Below, piece by piece: positions 8,503 to 18,401 of a stretch of 64,000 nt of DNA. The DNA is taken from the NCBI GenBank assembly GCA_963663165.1, contig OY760175.1:1664001-1728000 (forward strand). The letters run 5' to 3'. Below the pieces are notes generated by a model that saw only the letters and a program-made list of their open reading frames with translations, was not told the origin of the DNA and did not search any database. How positions within the stretch are numbered: position 1 is the stretch's first letter; each line of letters starts with the position of its first letter. This DNA comes from an uncultured Desulfospira sp. Its GTDB lineage: Bacteria > Desulfobacterota > Desulfobacteria > Desulfobacterales > Desulfobacteraceae. The position numbers were made by a program, and so were the translations under genes.

Positions 8503-11027
8503 CCCTTCCCCGGATCATCCGGCCACGCATGTTTGGGATACCGTCCCATCAGGTCTTTTTTAACCTCTTTATAGGTGTTGGCCCAAAAATTTTCCAGATC
8601 CCTGGTGATTTGGACGGGCCTGCCTGCCGGAGACAGCAGCTGGATGGTCAGGGGTATCCCGCAAACCTCCGGGGTCCGGGCAAGCCCGAACATCTGCTGG
8701 ACCCGGGCCGCCAAAACCGGCGCGTCCAGAACCCGGCCGGCGTCTGAATAGCTTAAGGCAATTTTAGCCCCGGACGGAACCTGAATATGGGTGGGGGCAT
8801 TTTTCTCAATAAACTGCCGGTCCTTAAAACTGATCAGGGCCGTGAGGGCCGAAAAAAGATCGACCTTCTTTAATCCGGCGGCTGACCGGATCCCGTCAAG
8901 AAAGGGGGCAAGCCAGATTTCAAGGCCCCGCGCAAGCCCGGAATCAGACAGGTCCGGCAACTGGGTTTGCCCTGCCTTTTCCCGTAAAAAAACAACCCGC
9001 CAGCGAAAACTCTCCGCTTTTTTTGTCCAGGCCAGACGGTTTATCCCCATCAACCGGACCCCCTTGATCAGTGCGGCGGTTACCTTCCCGGGATCAGCCC
9101 CTTCCATGGGCGCCTCTTTTAAAACAAGGTGTTGATAACAGGTCCGGCGAACCGCCCGGACCATTAACCGGTCCTGGTCCCATGTCACATCTTCGATAGT
9201 GGTAAGGGCGTCTTTAAAATCGGACATCAGGTCCGCCAGGGCATAGGGTGCCCCAAGGAAAATGGCGGCGTTCCGGGGATTGCCGTCCACCTGGGCGGCC
9301 ACGATCAGCTCATATTCCGATATGCTGTTGACGCTTTTAAAACAGGCCCCGCCCCCCGAGGCCATGACATAGGAAAGGGGCTGCCGTTTCTGGGCCACCC
9401 GGTCGGGATAGGCAAAGGCCAGCAAAGCCCCGGCCTGGTTGATATCCGGTTTCCCGGAATTGATTTTCATTTTTTTTTGAAGAAACCCGGCGGTTTTCAA
9501 AACATTCCGGGCAGGCCCCATTTTCACATCTTTGCCGGCCATTTTGTCAGGGTTTTGCTGAATTTTTTCAAGAACTTCCAGGCGCAGCCGGATATCCGGA
9601 TCAGCCATGTTCCCATAAAAATCCATTATATCAGAAGATTCCAAAAGGGCCGCCAGCCAACAGGCCAGATCGCCAATGCCCCTTTCCTCAGCCTTTAAAA
9701 TCATCCGGGCAAGCCGGGGATGGACACCGGACCGGGCCATTTTTCGGCCATGGTCCGTGATCCTCCCTGTCCGATCCAGGGCGCCCAGGCTTTCCAGCAG
9801 TTCCCGGGCCTGGCTCACGCCGGCGTCAGGGGGCGGGTCCAGCCATTTTAACTCATTTGGATCTGTCACCCCCCAAAGGGCCAGTTCCAGAACAAGGGGG
9901 GCCAGGTCTTCACTCAGGATTTCAGGCCGGGTATAGGGAACCAGCCCCTTGTGGACATGGGCAGACCAGATCCGGTAACAGGTCCCGGAATCGGTCCGTC
10001 CGGCCCGGCCCCGGCGCTGATCAGCCGAGGCCTTTGACACCGGAACGGTTTCAAGGCGGCTCATGCCGGTTCCCGGAAAAAACCTTGGCAGGCGCATCAG
10101 CCCCGCATCCACCACCACCCGGATGCCCTCAATGGTCAACGAAGTTTCGGCCAGGGAGGTGGACAGAACCACTTTCCGTTTTCCCGGTTCAGGCAAGGAT
10201 ATGGCCCGGGTCTGCGCTTTAAGGGAAAGGGCACCGTAAAGGGGAAGAATAAGGGTATCCGCCTTAGCCCGGGAACAAAGAACCCTTTGCACCTGACGAA
10301 TTTCAGACTGTCCGGGAAGGAATACCAGAATATCCCCGGGATCATTGTCAAGGGCGGTCTCCACCGCTTTTATACAGCCGTCCAGAATATGGGAAAAGGG
10401 CCCGTAGAACCCGAAAAAGGACGGCCCGCCCTGAACGGGCCTGGGCAGAACATGGGCGGTGGCCACCGGGAATACCTTTCCGGTGGACTGAATCACCGGG
10501 GCATTGTCCATAAGGCCGGAGACCGCCCCCACATCCATGGTGGCGGACATGACCAGAATTCTTAAATCCGGCCTGAAAACCGCAGAGGCTTCAAGGCTTA
10601 AGGCCAGCCCCAGGTCCGAATGGATATGGCGCTCGTGAAACTCATCAAAAATAACCAGACCGGTTCCCTCAAGAGAAGGGTCTGACTGAATCATCCGGGT
10701 TAAAATCCCCTCGGTAATGATCAATATCCGGGTGGACGGAGCGGATTTGTTTTCCATCCGGATCCGGTATCCCACGGTCTTTCCCACGCTCTCGTTGAGC
10801 ATTTCTGCCATGTAGTGGGCGCAGGACCGGGCCGCAAGCCTTCTGGGTTCGAGCATCAGGATCTGCTGGTCCCCAAGCCAGGGTTCCCGGCAAAGGGCCA
10901 AAGGCACCCGGGTGGTTTTGCCGGCCCCGGGCTGGGCCTGAAGCACGGCTCTTTTCCGGTCTGAAAGTGCGGCCTTGACATCCGGGATGACCTGATCAAC
11001 CGGCAGGATGGGGCTGGGTTTAATAAT
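8499..11027 (-). CDS. hrpB: ATP-dependent helicase HrpB (start probably ATT at 11027 or 11024; ORF track starts at GTG 10946)
   Basis: PGAGKTT, DEFHER, MSAT, QRRGRAGR and the C-terminal LLSPAGRPVQIT...GRYPKHAWPDDP; HrpB-like LPVDQVIPDVKAAL lies in frame upstream of 10946. Confidence 0.92.
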   Translation of the reverse strand: MIKPSPILPVDQVIPDVKAALSDRKRAVLQAQPGAGKTTRVPLALCREPWLGDQQILMLEPRRLAARSCAHYMAEMLNESVGKTVGYRIRMENKSAPSTRILIITEGILTRMIQSDPSLEGTGLVIFDEFHERHIHSDLGLALSLEASAVFRPDLRILVMSATMDVGAVSGLMDNAPVIQSTGKVFPVATAHVLPRPVQGGPSFFGFYGPFSHILDGCIKAVETALDNDPGDILVFLPGQSEIRQVQRVLCSRAKADTLILPLYGALSLKAQTRAISLPEPGKRKVVLSTSLAETSLTIEGIRVVVDAGLMRLPRFFPGTGMSRLETVPVSKASADQRRGRAGRTDSGTCYRIWSAHVHKGLVPYTRPEILSEDLAPLVLELALWGVTDPNELKWLDPPPDAGVSQARELLESLGALDRTGRITDHGRKMARSGVHPRLARMILKAEERGIGDLACWLAALLESSDIMDFYGNMADPDIRLRLEVLEKIQQNPDKMAGKDVKMGPARNVLKTAGFLQKKMKINSGKPDINQAGALLAFAYPDRVAQKRQPLSYVMASGGGACFKSVNSISEYELIVAAQVDGNPRNAAIFLGAPYALADLMSDFKDALTTIEDVTWDQDRLMVRAVRRTCYQHLVLKEAPMEGADPGKVTAALIKGVRLMGINRLAWTKKAESFRWRVVFLREKAGQTQLPDLSDSGLARGLEIWLAPFLDGIRSAAGLKKVDLFSALTALISFKDRQFIEKNAPTHIQVPSGAKIALSYSDAGRVLDAPVLAARVQQMFGLARTPEVCGIPLTIQLLSPAGRPVQITRDLENFWANTYKEVKKDLMGRYPKHAWPDDPGKG

Positions 11028-11050
11028 AGTGATACCTCTCTATTAGGGAT

Positions 11051-11109
11051 TTAGGCTGAAAGGGGTTAGGCTGAAGGATATTGCCTTCCACCTTCAGTCT
11101 TCAGTCTAA
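11051..11109. repeat. Inverted AGGCTGA/TCAGTCT short-repeat module
   Basis: TTAGGCTGAA twice, then CTTCAGTCTTCAGTCTAA. Confidence 0.55.
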
Positions 11110-11189
11110 TTAGCTAACCGTATTCATATATCGACTAAGGAAAAATTGGTAAAGGACAAATTAACCGGGAAATTGCATGTAAAAATAAG

Positions 11190-11549
11190 TTAGATCTCCA
11201 ATCAAAGGGACTTGGGATATGGGACCTGGGACTTGGGGATTGCAGCGCCCGTGGCCTCCCCAAATCCCAAGCCGGTAGTTAGCATGGCCCCGTTTAATTT
11301 ACCCTTCACAAACAACATGTTATATGGACAATGGTGGGCAACGCTTTAAAAAAACTCTCGCAACGGCGCAAAGCTTAACTTCCCTTGGGCAATAGTATTC
11401 TTTACGCCTTAGCGCCTTTGGGTGAGAATATAAAAAAAGAGGGCGAAGCCCTCAATTTTAGGATGACAGAGCAAGGAGAAAAGCATTCCATACATTGGGA
11501 ACCTCTTGCTACCCCATATCCCAAGTCCCAAGTCTCAATTCTATACATT
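11190..11549 (+). mobile_element. About 360-bp non-coding dispersed element, copy 1
   Basis: Near-identical reverse-complement copy at 46122-46489; heptamer shell with an approximately 250-bp insert containing an inverted octamer module. Confidence 0.8.
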
Positions 11550-11649
11550 ATTATCCATCCTCATATTTCCAACAGATGACAGATGATGCCCCTGGACAAA
11601 TTAGCCTATTGTCCTGACGGGTATTTTAAGATACAACCGTTATAAACCG

Positions 11650-12129
11650 ATGGGACGCAAATATATGGGACCGGAACCAAAACAAATCATTGTGCCAAAA
11701 GAGAATGCGGTTTTCTGGCTGGACAAAAACGGGGTCTGGCACAATGAGCATGGCCGGCTTGAACACCCTAAAATCATCCGGTACTTTCATAAGTCCATTC
11801 AAAAGGACGAAAACGGATACCATTTATGCCAGACCCGGGACGGTTTTCTGGAAAAGGTCTATTTCCCCCATGAAGAAACGGCCCTGTTCGTTTTTGACCT
11901 GAAAAAAAAAGAAACCGGCCTTGTCCTGATCCTGAACACCGGCAACACCCTGGACATGGATCCGGAACAGCTCTTTTCAAGAAACGACCAGCTTTATCTG
12001 AAAACGCCGGAACACTTAATCAAATTCGCCCCGGATGCCCTGGTTAAGCTGTCCCGCTTCATGGGCGACGATGAAGACCGGCTCACCCTCTGCCTTGACG
12101 AAAACACATTTATCATTCCCGAAGAATAG
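11650..12129 (+). CDS. Conserved hypothetical protein
   Basis: 159-aa ORF with FWLDKNGVWHNEHG...HPKIIRYF segment; no function recognised. Confidence 0.7.
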   Translation: MGRKYMGPEPKQIIVPKENAVFWLDKNGVWHNEHGRLEHPKIIRYFHKSIQKDENGYHLCQTRDGFLEKVYFPHEETALFVFDLKKKETGLVLILNTGNTLDMDPEQLFSRNDQLYLKTPEHLIKFAPDALVKLSRFMGDDEDRLTLCLDENTFIIPEE

Positions 12130-12279
12130 TTTGGTGCTATTGGCTTTCAACTCGCACCTGCCGCCATGACCGCTTAACCCCATGGACTAAAAGCCCTCAA
12201 CAAGCCATACAAGATCGCGAAACATGCAGCCCTAAAAGTCTTCAGCCTATACCCCCTCCACCTTTCAAATAAAATTGAG

Positions 12280-12308
12280 TTGCCCTGAAAACCAAACCTC
12301 AGTATAGT
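12280..12308 (+). promoter_or_regulatory. sigma70-type promoter of the diguanylate cyclase
   Basis: TTGCCC-17 nt-TATAGT. Confidence 0.5.
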
Positions 12309-12440
12309 AAATCCATTACCACTAACATCCCCTTTGAAAATTTTCTTTCACCGGGCCGGTGGACACCGCATCCTGGATCCTGAAAAAAACCTGAGCGAAA
12401 CGCTCATGGGGTTTTACATTGTAACAAGGACCGATAATTT

Positions 12441-13775
12441 ATGGCGAAAATCCCTTCTTCCCTCTCATCTGATCCCGTCTTTAATGAGGCGGTTAGCGTA
12501 CTGCAAGGCAAGTCTGATGTTCTGGACAATATCATGAGTTCCATGGGGGACGGCCTGAGCATTCAGGACCGGAATATGCGCATTGTTTACCAGAACAAAT
12601 TCATGGTGGACGCCTTTGGATCCCATATCGGGGCGTATTGTTACAACGTATACGAAAACCGTGACACCCTGTGTGAAAACTGCCCGGTTGTTGAGGCATA
12701 TGAAACTGAAAATACCGTCAAAGCGTTGCGCATCGCCACCACTAAAGAAAAAGAGCGTTTCCGTTTTGAAAACATCGCCTCGGTGCTTCGCAACAGCAAG
12801 GGCAAAATTGTCGCCGGAATAGAACCGGTCCGGATTGTCGAAGAGCGGGAGCGGGCTTTGGAAGAGCTTCGGGCGGCCATGGAAAAACTATCTTTGGCCA
12901 AAGCCGTTTATGAAAGCAGTTCCGAAGGCATTATGGTGATGGACCAGGATGACCGCATCATCTCCATCAATCCGGCCTTTGAACGGATTACCGGCTACAG
13001 CCATGATGAGGTGGTCGGAATCGACCCGGGCATTCTTCGTTCCGGCCGCCACTCCCAAGCGTTTTACAATGAAATCAAACGATCCTTGGACGAAATCGAT
13101 ACCTGGCAGGGAGACCTGTGGAACAAACGCAAAGACGGCCAGATATACGCCCAGTTTATGCGGATCGACACGGTTCGAAGCGATGACGGAACCGTCACCA
13201 AGCGGGTCTGTATTTTTTCCGACACCACAGAAAAAAAGCTGGAAGAAGAACAGATCAAGTATATGGCACTGCACGACGCCCTCACCGACCTGCCCAACCG
13301 GACCCTTTTCACGGACCGGCTACACCAGGCACTCACCGTGGCCCAGCGCAACAAAGCCAGTGCGGCACTGCTTTACATCGACCTTGACGAGTTCAAGCCC
13401 GTTAACGACCGTTACGGCCATAAGATGGGAGACCTGCTGCTCAAAGCCGTCGCCCAGCGGCTGACAAAATCATTGAGAAAATCAGAAACCATTTCCCGGC
13501 TGGGGGGGGATGAATTTGCCGTGCTTTTACCGGAAATTGCCTTCCCCAAAGATGCCCTGATCGTAGCGGAAAAAATTCGCAGCCAGCTTGAAGACCCTTT
13601 TATCATCAACGGCAAAGAACTTAAGATCTCCTCCAGCATCGGCTGTGCTGTTTACCCCGATGACGGACAGGATGACATCACCCTTACCCAGAACGCAGAC
13701 CAGGCCATGTACAAGGCAAAGCAAAACGGCCGCAACCGGGTCTATTCCGCCGCAGGAGAACCCCACGCCAATTAA
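12441..13775 (+). CDS. PAS-PAS-GGDEF diguanylate cyclase
   Basis: Two PAS domains (INPAFERITGYS), HDALTDLPNR, DLDEFKPVNDRYGH, RLGGDEF. Confidence 0.92.
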   Translation: MAKIPSSLSSDPVFNEAVSVLQGKSDVLDNIMSSMGDGLSIQDRNMRIVYQNKFMVDAFGSHIGAYCYNVYENRDTLCENCPVVEAYETENTVKALRIATTKEKERFRFENIASVLRNSKGKIVAGIEPVRIVEERERALEELRAAMEKLSLAKAVYESSSEGIMVMDQDDRIISINPAFERITGYSHDEVVGIDPGILRSGRHSQAFYNEIKRSLDEIDTWQGDLWNKRKDGQIYAQFMRIDTVRSDDGTVTKRVCIFSDTTEKKLEEEQIKYMALHDALTDLPNRTLFTDRLHQALTVAQRNKASAALLYIDLDEFKPVNDRYGHKMGDLLLKAVAQRLTKSLRKSETISRLGGDEFAVLLPEIAFPKDALIVAEKIRSQLEDPFIINGKELKISSSIGCAVYPDDGQDDITLTQNADQAMYKAKQNGRNRVYSAAGEPHAN

Positions 13776-13847
13776 CGGCAGGATAAGGCCACCGGCAATA
13801 ATGTAGAAAAGGTAATTAGGCCGAAGTGGGTTAAGCTTCCATAACAC

Positions 13848-15587
13848 TTAAACCGAACCGCCCTTGGATAATTTGTTGATATTCTCCCTGGCAAAATCAA
13901 TGGAAGGATCAATTTCAAGGGCGGTTTCATAGTATTTTATCGCCGTTTCCACGACCCCAAGCTCCCGGTAGCAGGACCCGATATTGGCGTAGTTGATGGC
14001 AAGGGACGGGTCGATTTTGATGGCTTTTTCAAAGGCGATAACGGCCTTGTCAAAGGTTTTGGACATGAAATGACAGGCCCCCACGGTGTTGAACAGGTCC
14101 GGGCGCTGGGGATCCACGGCAAGGCCCTTTTCGCACACCTTGACAGCCCTTTCATACTGGCCAAGGTCCTTGAGGCAGGCCCCGGTATGGGAGCAGATAT
14201 CCGGCAGGTTCAAGGGTTCGGGGTCCCGGTCCAGGGAGGTCTCAAATTCCGCTAAGGCCGCTTCCTGGTCATACAGGGCATTGTGCATCAGCCCCTTGTA
14301 AAAGCTGGTATAATACCGGCCCGGGAGCGCGGTTTCAAGGTCATCAAGCCTTGCCAATGCCTGGACCGGGTCCAGGGTTTCGGTGATCAGGCGGCAAAGA
14401 AACATGCCCACACTGGCCCTGGCAGCCCGCTCCCTGAAATGGGCCCCGGGGATGATGTTGTACAGGGCCGGCACCTGAAGGTCTTTGTGGGTGGTGTTCA
14501 CGGACAGGACCCGAAACCCCTTTTTTTCAAGGGTGGCGATCAGATTTTCCGCCTCAACCCGGATGTTGTCGGCGGACAGGTCCGGCAGGTCTGAAGCATT
14601 GACCATGGCGGAAGGGCCGGTGATGAAACCGGCATCCTCTATGCGGGTAAACTTGGGCAGGCCTGAGGCCACGTAATTGGAACCGGTGTTAAAGTCACCG
14701 GCCAGCTGGGCGGTTTCCGACAACGCCCGGCTCATGGCCTTTTCAGGATCAGGGGCCGTGCCCGCAGTCCAGACAATCTCGCTGGTTTCAGGGAAAGTGG
14801 ACGGATCCCAGGCCAGAACCCCCACCGTTGAAATCCCCGTATCCAGGGAAAAATCACTGGCATACACCTTGATTCCCTGGCGCTCATACTTTTGGAGCAT
14901 CTCCTTGACCAGGGGATCGGTAAAAGAAGAGAGCCGGATCCCCGGGACATCAAGCTTCCCATGGCTGATGATGGACGAGACATGCCGCTCCACAATCTCA
15001 CAGACGCCCTGGATCAATGCCTCTTCAATGCAGTTTCCGGCCGAGGGACCGTTGAATTCGTTGATCATGTAAAACCAGTCAAAGGGAATCAGGACCTCCT
15101 GCCGGGTGGTCATATTGTACCCCCGGGTCCACTTGAGGGGAAGTTTATCAAAGATGGGTTTTACCGCAAGGGCATCTGCTTCGTTGTCATGGACGGATTG
15201 AATGATCCGGTCATAGCCTAAGGCCTTGTCGCCGACTTCGGCATAAGGGGCATAAAAAAAATTATCCTCATTGTCGGCAAAGGAAAAAAAGCTGAACCGT
15301 TCGGCCAGCTCCATAACCGCACTGGCCTCGGATTGTTCCGGGGTGCCGCCCTTTCCCATCTGCTTGTTGGTCCGGGTAATCCGCCGGGCATCTTCCCCGC
15401 ACTCGCTGAAAAAAACCGGGATGCCCAGCCGTCCGTTATCAATGCGCCGGGTCCCTTTCAAAATATCCAGATCCATTTTTTCCAGCCGCTGTTTAAACCG
15501 CTTTACGGTTTCTTCAGGGGAAATCAGTTTATCCTGGTCATAGGTATACCCTTTGCCGGCATCTTTGAGTTCAATTTTGTACGCCAT
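13848..15587 (-). CDS. YcaO-family protein with C-terminal TPR repeats
   Basis: QMGKG, SAVMELAER, NGPSAGN..EEALIQGVCEIVER, RALSETAQ; about four TPRs (AFEKAIKIDPSLAINYANIGSCY). Confidence 0.88.
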   Translation of the reverse strand: MAYKIELKDAGKGYTYDQDKLISPEETVKRFKQRLEKMDLDILKGTRRIDNGRLGIPVFFSECGEDARRITRTNKQMGKGGTPEQSEASAVMELAERFSFFSFADNEDNFFYAPYAEVGDKALGYDRIIQSVHDNEADALAVKPIFDKLPLKWTRGYNMTTRQEVLIPFDWFYMINEFNGPSAGNCIEEALIQGVCEIVERHVSSIISHGKLDVPGIRLSSFTDPLVKEMLQKYERQGIKVYASDFSLDTGISTVGVLAWDPSTFPETSEIVWTAGTAPDPEKAMSRALSETAQLAGDFNTGSNYVASGLPKFTRIEDAGFITGPSAMVNASDLPDLSADNIRVEAENLIATLEKKGFRVLSVNTTHKDLQVPALYNIIPGAHFRERAARASVGMFLCRLITETLDPVQALARLDDLETALPGRYYTSFYKGLMHNALYDQEAALAEFETSLDRDPEPLNLPDICSHTGACLKDLGQYERAVKVCEKGLAVDPQRPDLFNTVGACHFMSKTFDKAVIAFEKAIKIDPSLAINYANIGSCYRELGVVETAIKYYETALEIDPSIDFARENINKLSKGGSV

Positions 15588-15712
15588 TCTGGTTCGCTCT
15601 GCTCAGTTAACGGTTATGCCCTTTGGTTCAGTTATTTTCCAGGGCCGTATGCCAACATCATATACCACTTTTGCGGTTACTTGGAAACCTGCCCGTTCAC
15701 CCCGGCACCAAC

Positions 15713-15749
15713 ATAACGGTTGACGTTATTATCGGATTGCGTTATCAAT
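15713..15749 (+). promoter_or_regulatory. higBA promoter with overlapping palindromic operator
   Basis: ATAACG-GTTGA-CGTTAT (15713-15729) overlaps TTGACG -35; TATCAAT follows 17 nt later. Confidence 0.6.
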
Positions 15750-15755
15750 TTACCC

Positions 15756-16037
15756 ATGATAAAATCTTTTCAAGATAAAGAAACGGAAAAGATATTCAAC
15801 CGGCAGATTTCAAAAAAACTGCCCCAGGATACCCAGCGTGTGGCACGCAAAAAATTGCTTATTCTTGATGCTGCGGTGCAATTAAATGATCTGCAAATAC
15901 CACCGGGCAATCGACTGGAAGCCTTGAAAGGAAATCGGAAAGGGCATCACAGCATACGAATCAATGACCAATGGCGGCTTTGTTTTAAATGGCAGGATGG
16001 AAATGCACATAACGCTGAAATAGCAGATTATCATTAG
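15756..16037 (+). CDS. higB: HigB (RelE/ParE family) toxin
   Basis: MIKSFQDKETEKIF...PPGNRLEALKGNRKGHHSIRINDQWRLCFKW...IADYH. Confidence 0.93.
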   Translation: MIKSFQDKETEKIFNRQISKKLPQDTQRVARKKLLILDAAVQLNDLQIPPGNRLEALKGNRKGHHSIRINDQWRLCFKWQDGNAHNAEIADYH

Positions 16038-16045
16038 GAGGATAT

Positions 16046-16351
16046 ATGAACCAAAAACTTGCCCCCATCCATCCCGGTGAAATTCTGATGGAAGAATTTT
16101 TAGAGCCCATGGGAATCAGCCAGTATCGGCTGGCCAAAGATATAAGCGTTCCCCCAAGGCGTATCAATGAAATTGTCCATGGAAAAAGATCCATTACCGC
16201 AGATACCGCGCTCAGACTCGGGCGTTTTTTTGGGATGTCGGCTCAATTCTGGCTGAATCTCCAGATAAGATACGACCTTGAAACAACTGAAAACGCTTTA
16301 GCACATAGACTTGATACTGAAGTTCAAGCGCTTCATGCCCAGGCGGGCTGA
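16046..16351 (+). CDS. higA: HigA antitoxin (XRE HTH)
   Basis: PIHPGEILMEEFL...RINEIVHGKRSITADTALRL...FWLNLQ; AGGAGG RBS; toxin-first gene order. Confidence 0.93.
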   Translation: MNQKLAPIHPGEILMEEFLEPMGISQYRLAKDISVPPRRINEIVHGKRSITADTALRLGRFFGMSAQFWLNLQIRYDLETTENALAHRLDTEVQALHAQAG

Positions 16352-16515
16352 ACGTTAATCGGATTGACTCCCATCCAAAAACCTTTTTCATGAACCAGAC
16401 AAAACCGGTCCAAAGGACGGGACGGCTTGCCGCTACCGTCAGGCGTTGTTGTTCTGGCTCAACTGCATCCCCAAGCTGATTGATCAAGGGCAGCTGCATT
16501 TGGAATAATATGTTC

Positions 16516-16734
16516 GATCTTCAATTACGTTGAATTTTCAGCGTGCCGATTCAAACAGGGGTACCGTTCGAAATCGAAATCTAAATCGATATCGAAATCG
16601 GAAAATAAAGGTTACCGCATTATAAGTTTTATAGGCAGCGCCTGAAATGGTGATGGTGCCCGGATTGTGAGACACCGTCCACGTTTTGAACCGATTTCGA
16701 TTTCGATTGCGACTGTCCAGTCGGAATATACATT
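16516..16734 (+). repeat. Dispersed element with inverted hexamer arrays and shared end motifs
   Basis: GATCTTCAAT ... (TCGAAA)n 16568-16601 ... (CGATTT)n 16691-16712 ... TATACATT. Confidence 0.65.
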
Positions 16735-16779
16735 TACCCAAAAGCTTTCTGCGGCCCTGCCGTTCTATACCCCCAAGTC

Positions 16780-18384
16780 TTATGGCTCTGAAAGCTTAAC
16801 CTGTTCAAACGCATGGACTGGAAGGGAAACCGCTTCGGGCAAAATAGCGGCCATGCCCGGTGTGCCGATTCGATGCAGCCGAACCGCCGGATAGGAGTGC
16901 CCCTGTTCATCAAAATACGACAGATACACCCGGGTCAGCCGGGAGTCATCGGGTTTTGACGAGAACACCAGCCACCGGCCGTTGGGTGAAAAGCTGTGCC
17001 ATGAATTAAGCTCCGGCCGGTTGCATCGCATGATCCGCGGGGTGCCCCCGGCGGCCGGCAGGACCACCAGTTTGCTGCCGGGCTGGGAAACCAGGCCGGT
17101 ATCGCATTGACAAAATACAATCCAGCGGCCGTCCGGGGAATACCGGGGGAAATAATTACTTTTTTGGTTGGCGCAGGCCCCTTGTAAAGGGGTGGCCTGT
17201 CCGCCTTCACCATCGGCAAAAGGGACCTGCCATAAATCAAAGTGCATCCGGTATTTCTGATTTAAAAAATCAATGGTTTGGCCTGGGGCCGCATCCAGCA
17301 GGGGTTTATTTCCCAATGCCTGCCAAAGGTTATCCGGCGACTGGGCCCGGGCAAAAACAATGGTCCGGCCGTCCGGGCTCCATGCCGGGCTGGTTTGAAT
17401 TACATTGGGATCATCAGCACCCTTCAAAGGCGTAATCTTGCCGGTCAGCCGGGAATAAAACGCCAGGTATCCGGTCAAGGGGAAAAACAGCTGAGAATAA
17501 GCCGGATCATCAATCCGGATCAGAAAGGGCTTGTCTTTAACGGTGGCGATCACATGTTCGCCATCCGGTGATATCCTGGCAAACAGGCCGCGGCTGACCT
17601 GCCCTTCCCCCCGCTGATGATCATTCCAGGAAATAATATCTTCCCGGTGCAGATCCATTTGGGGCTTAACATCGGTAAGCACATACCCGCCCCGGTCTTT
17701 CCGGTAATCCATATCCATGCCAAAGGTTGTCCCGTCCCGGGAAAAGGTATGGCAGCAGCCGCAGTACGGCAGGCCCGTCAAAACGGTTTGGGGCGGTTCC
17801 AAAGATGCCGGCTCAAAGGTGCGCCAGGCAAACCGGTCCACATGCTTTGCCGCGTAATTAAAGGGGACCGGCAGTTCCTGATACACCACCCGGCAGGCCA
17901 GGGGCTCCGGCGAGACGCAAAAATGAACCTTGCCGTGGCTGGCCACCTTACGGTCTTTAATCTGCATCACGGTGACGGTCAGCGGTTCCCCCAAGGCCAG
18001 ATTTTTAATACGCTCCCAGTCTTCGGGGATTGGCTGCCAGGGGTTTTTAGAGACCCTGAGAAACAGCAAACGGCCCTGTGCCTCAACCCGGACCAGCCAG
18101 CGGCCGGATGAGGGTCCCTGCCATGAAAACAGGGGCGGTGCCAGGTCTATGGGATAAACGGCCCCGTCTGCGGGTTCATTGATCACCAGAGGTCCTGTTG
18201 TATCGCCGGTCTCCATTTTAGCCAGGTTCGCGGGGTCAATGATTTCGGTCTTTGATGCCAGCTGCAAGGCACACCCGGCTATCAGCCCGGCCAAGAGCAG
18301 CAGCAGGCCGAAAACCAGTCCATCCTTTTTTGAGAAATGTTTAACCATTACCATTTTTCTGTCTTTCCGGAGCATTACCCCCAT
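16780..18384 (-). CDS. TolB-like (PD40 beta-propeller) lipoprotein; true start may be 18354 or 18348
   Basis: Lipobox LIAGC; repeats PAWSPDGR, PRYSPDGRWIVF, HSFSPNGRWLVFSS; CGCCH motif. Confidence 0.82.
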   Translation of the reverse strand: MGVMLRKDRKMVMVKHFSKKDGLVFGLLLLLAGLIAGCALQLASKTEIIDPANLAKMETGDTTGPLVINEPADGAVYPIDLAPPLFSWQGPSSGRWLVRVEAQGRLLFLRVSKNPWQPIPEDWERIKNLALGEPLTVTVMQIKDRKVASHGKVHFCVSPEPLACRVVYQELPVPFNYAAKHVDRFAWRTFEPASLEPPQTVLTGLPYCGCCHTFSRDGTTFGMDMDYRKDRGGYVLTDVKPQMDLHREDIISWNDHQRGEGQVSRGLFARISPDGEHVIATVKDKPFLIRIDDPAYSQLFFPLTGYLAFYSRLTGKITPLKGADDPNVIQTSPAWSPDGRTIVFARAQSPDNLWQALGNKPLLDAAPGQTIDFLNQKYRMHFDLWQVPFADGEGGQATPLQGACANQKSNYFPRYSPDGRWIVFCQCDTGLVSQPGSKLVVLPAAGGTPRIMRCNRPELNSWHSFSPNGRWLVFSSKPDDSRLTRVYLSYFDEQGHSYPAVRLHRIGTPGMAAILPEAVSLPVHAFEQVKLSEP

Positions 18385-18401
18385 TTGTTGTCGGGTGCCG
18401 A

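Noticed and set aside
12315..12440. c-di-GMP riboswitch upstream of the diguanylate cyclase
   Set aside because: Hairpins are present, but the GEMM-type GGCAAAC...GACGCAAAGC pattern is not.
16388..16452. Integron attC site after higA
   Set aside because: Superficial resemblance only; arms pair poorly, R boxes are unclear, and no integrase is present.
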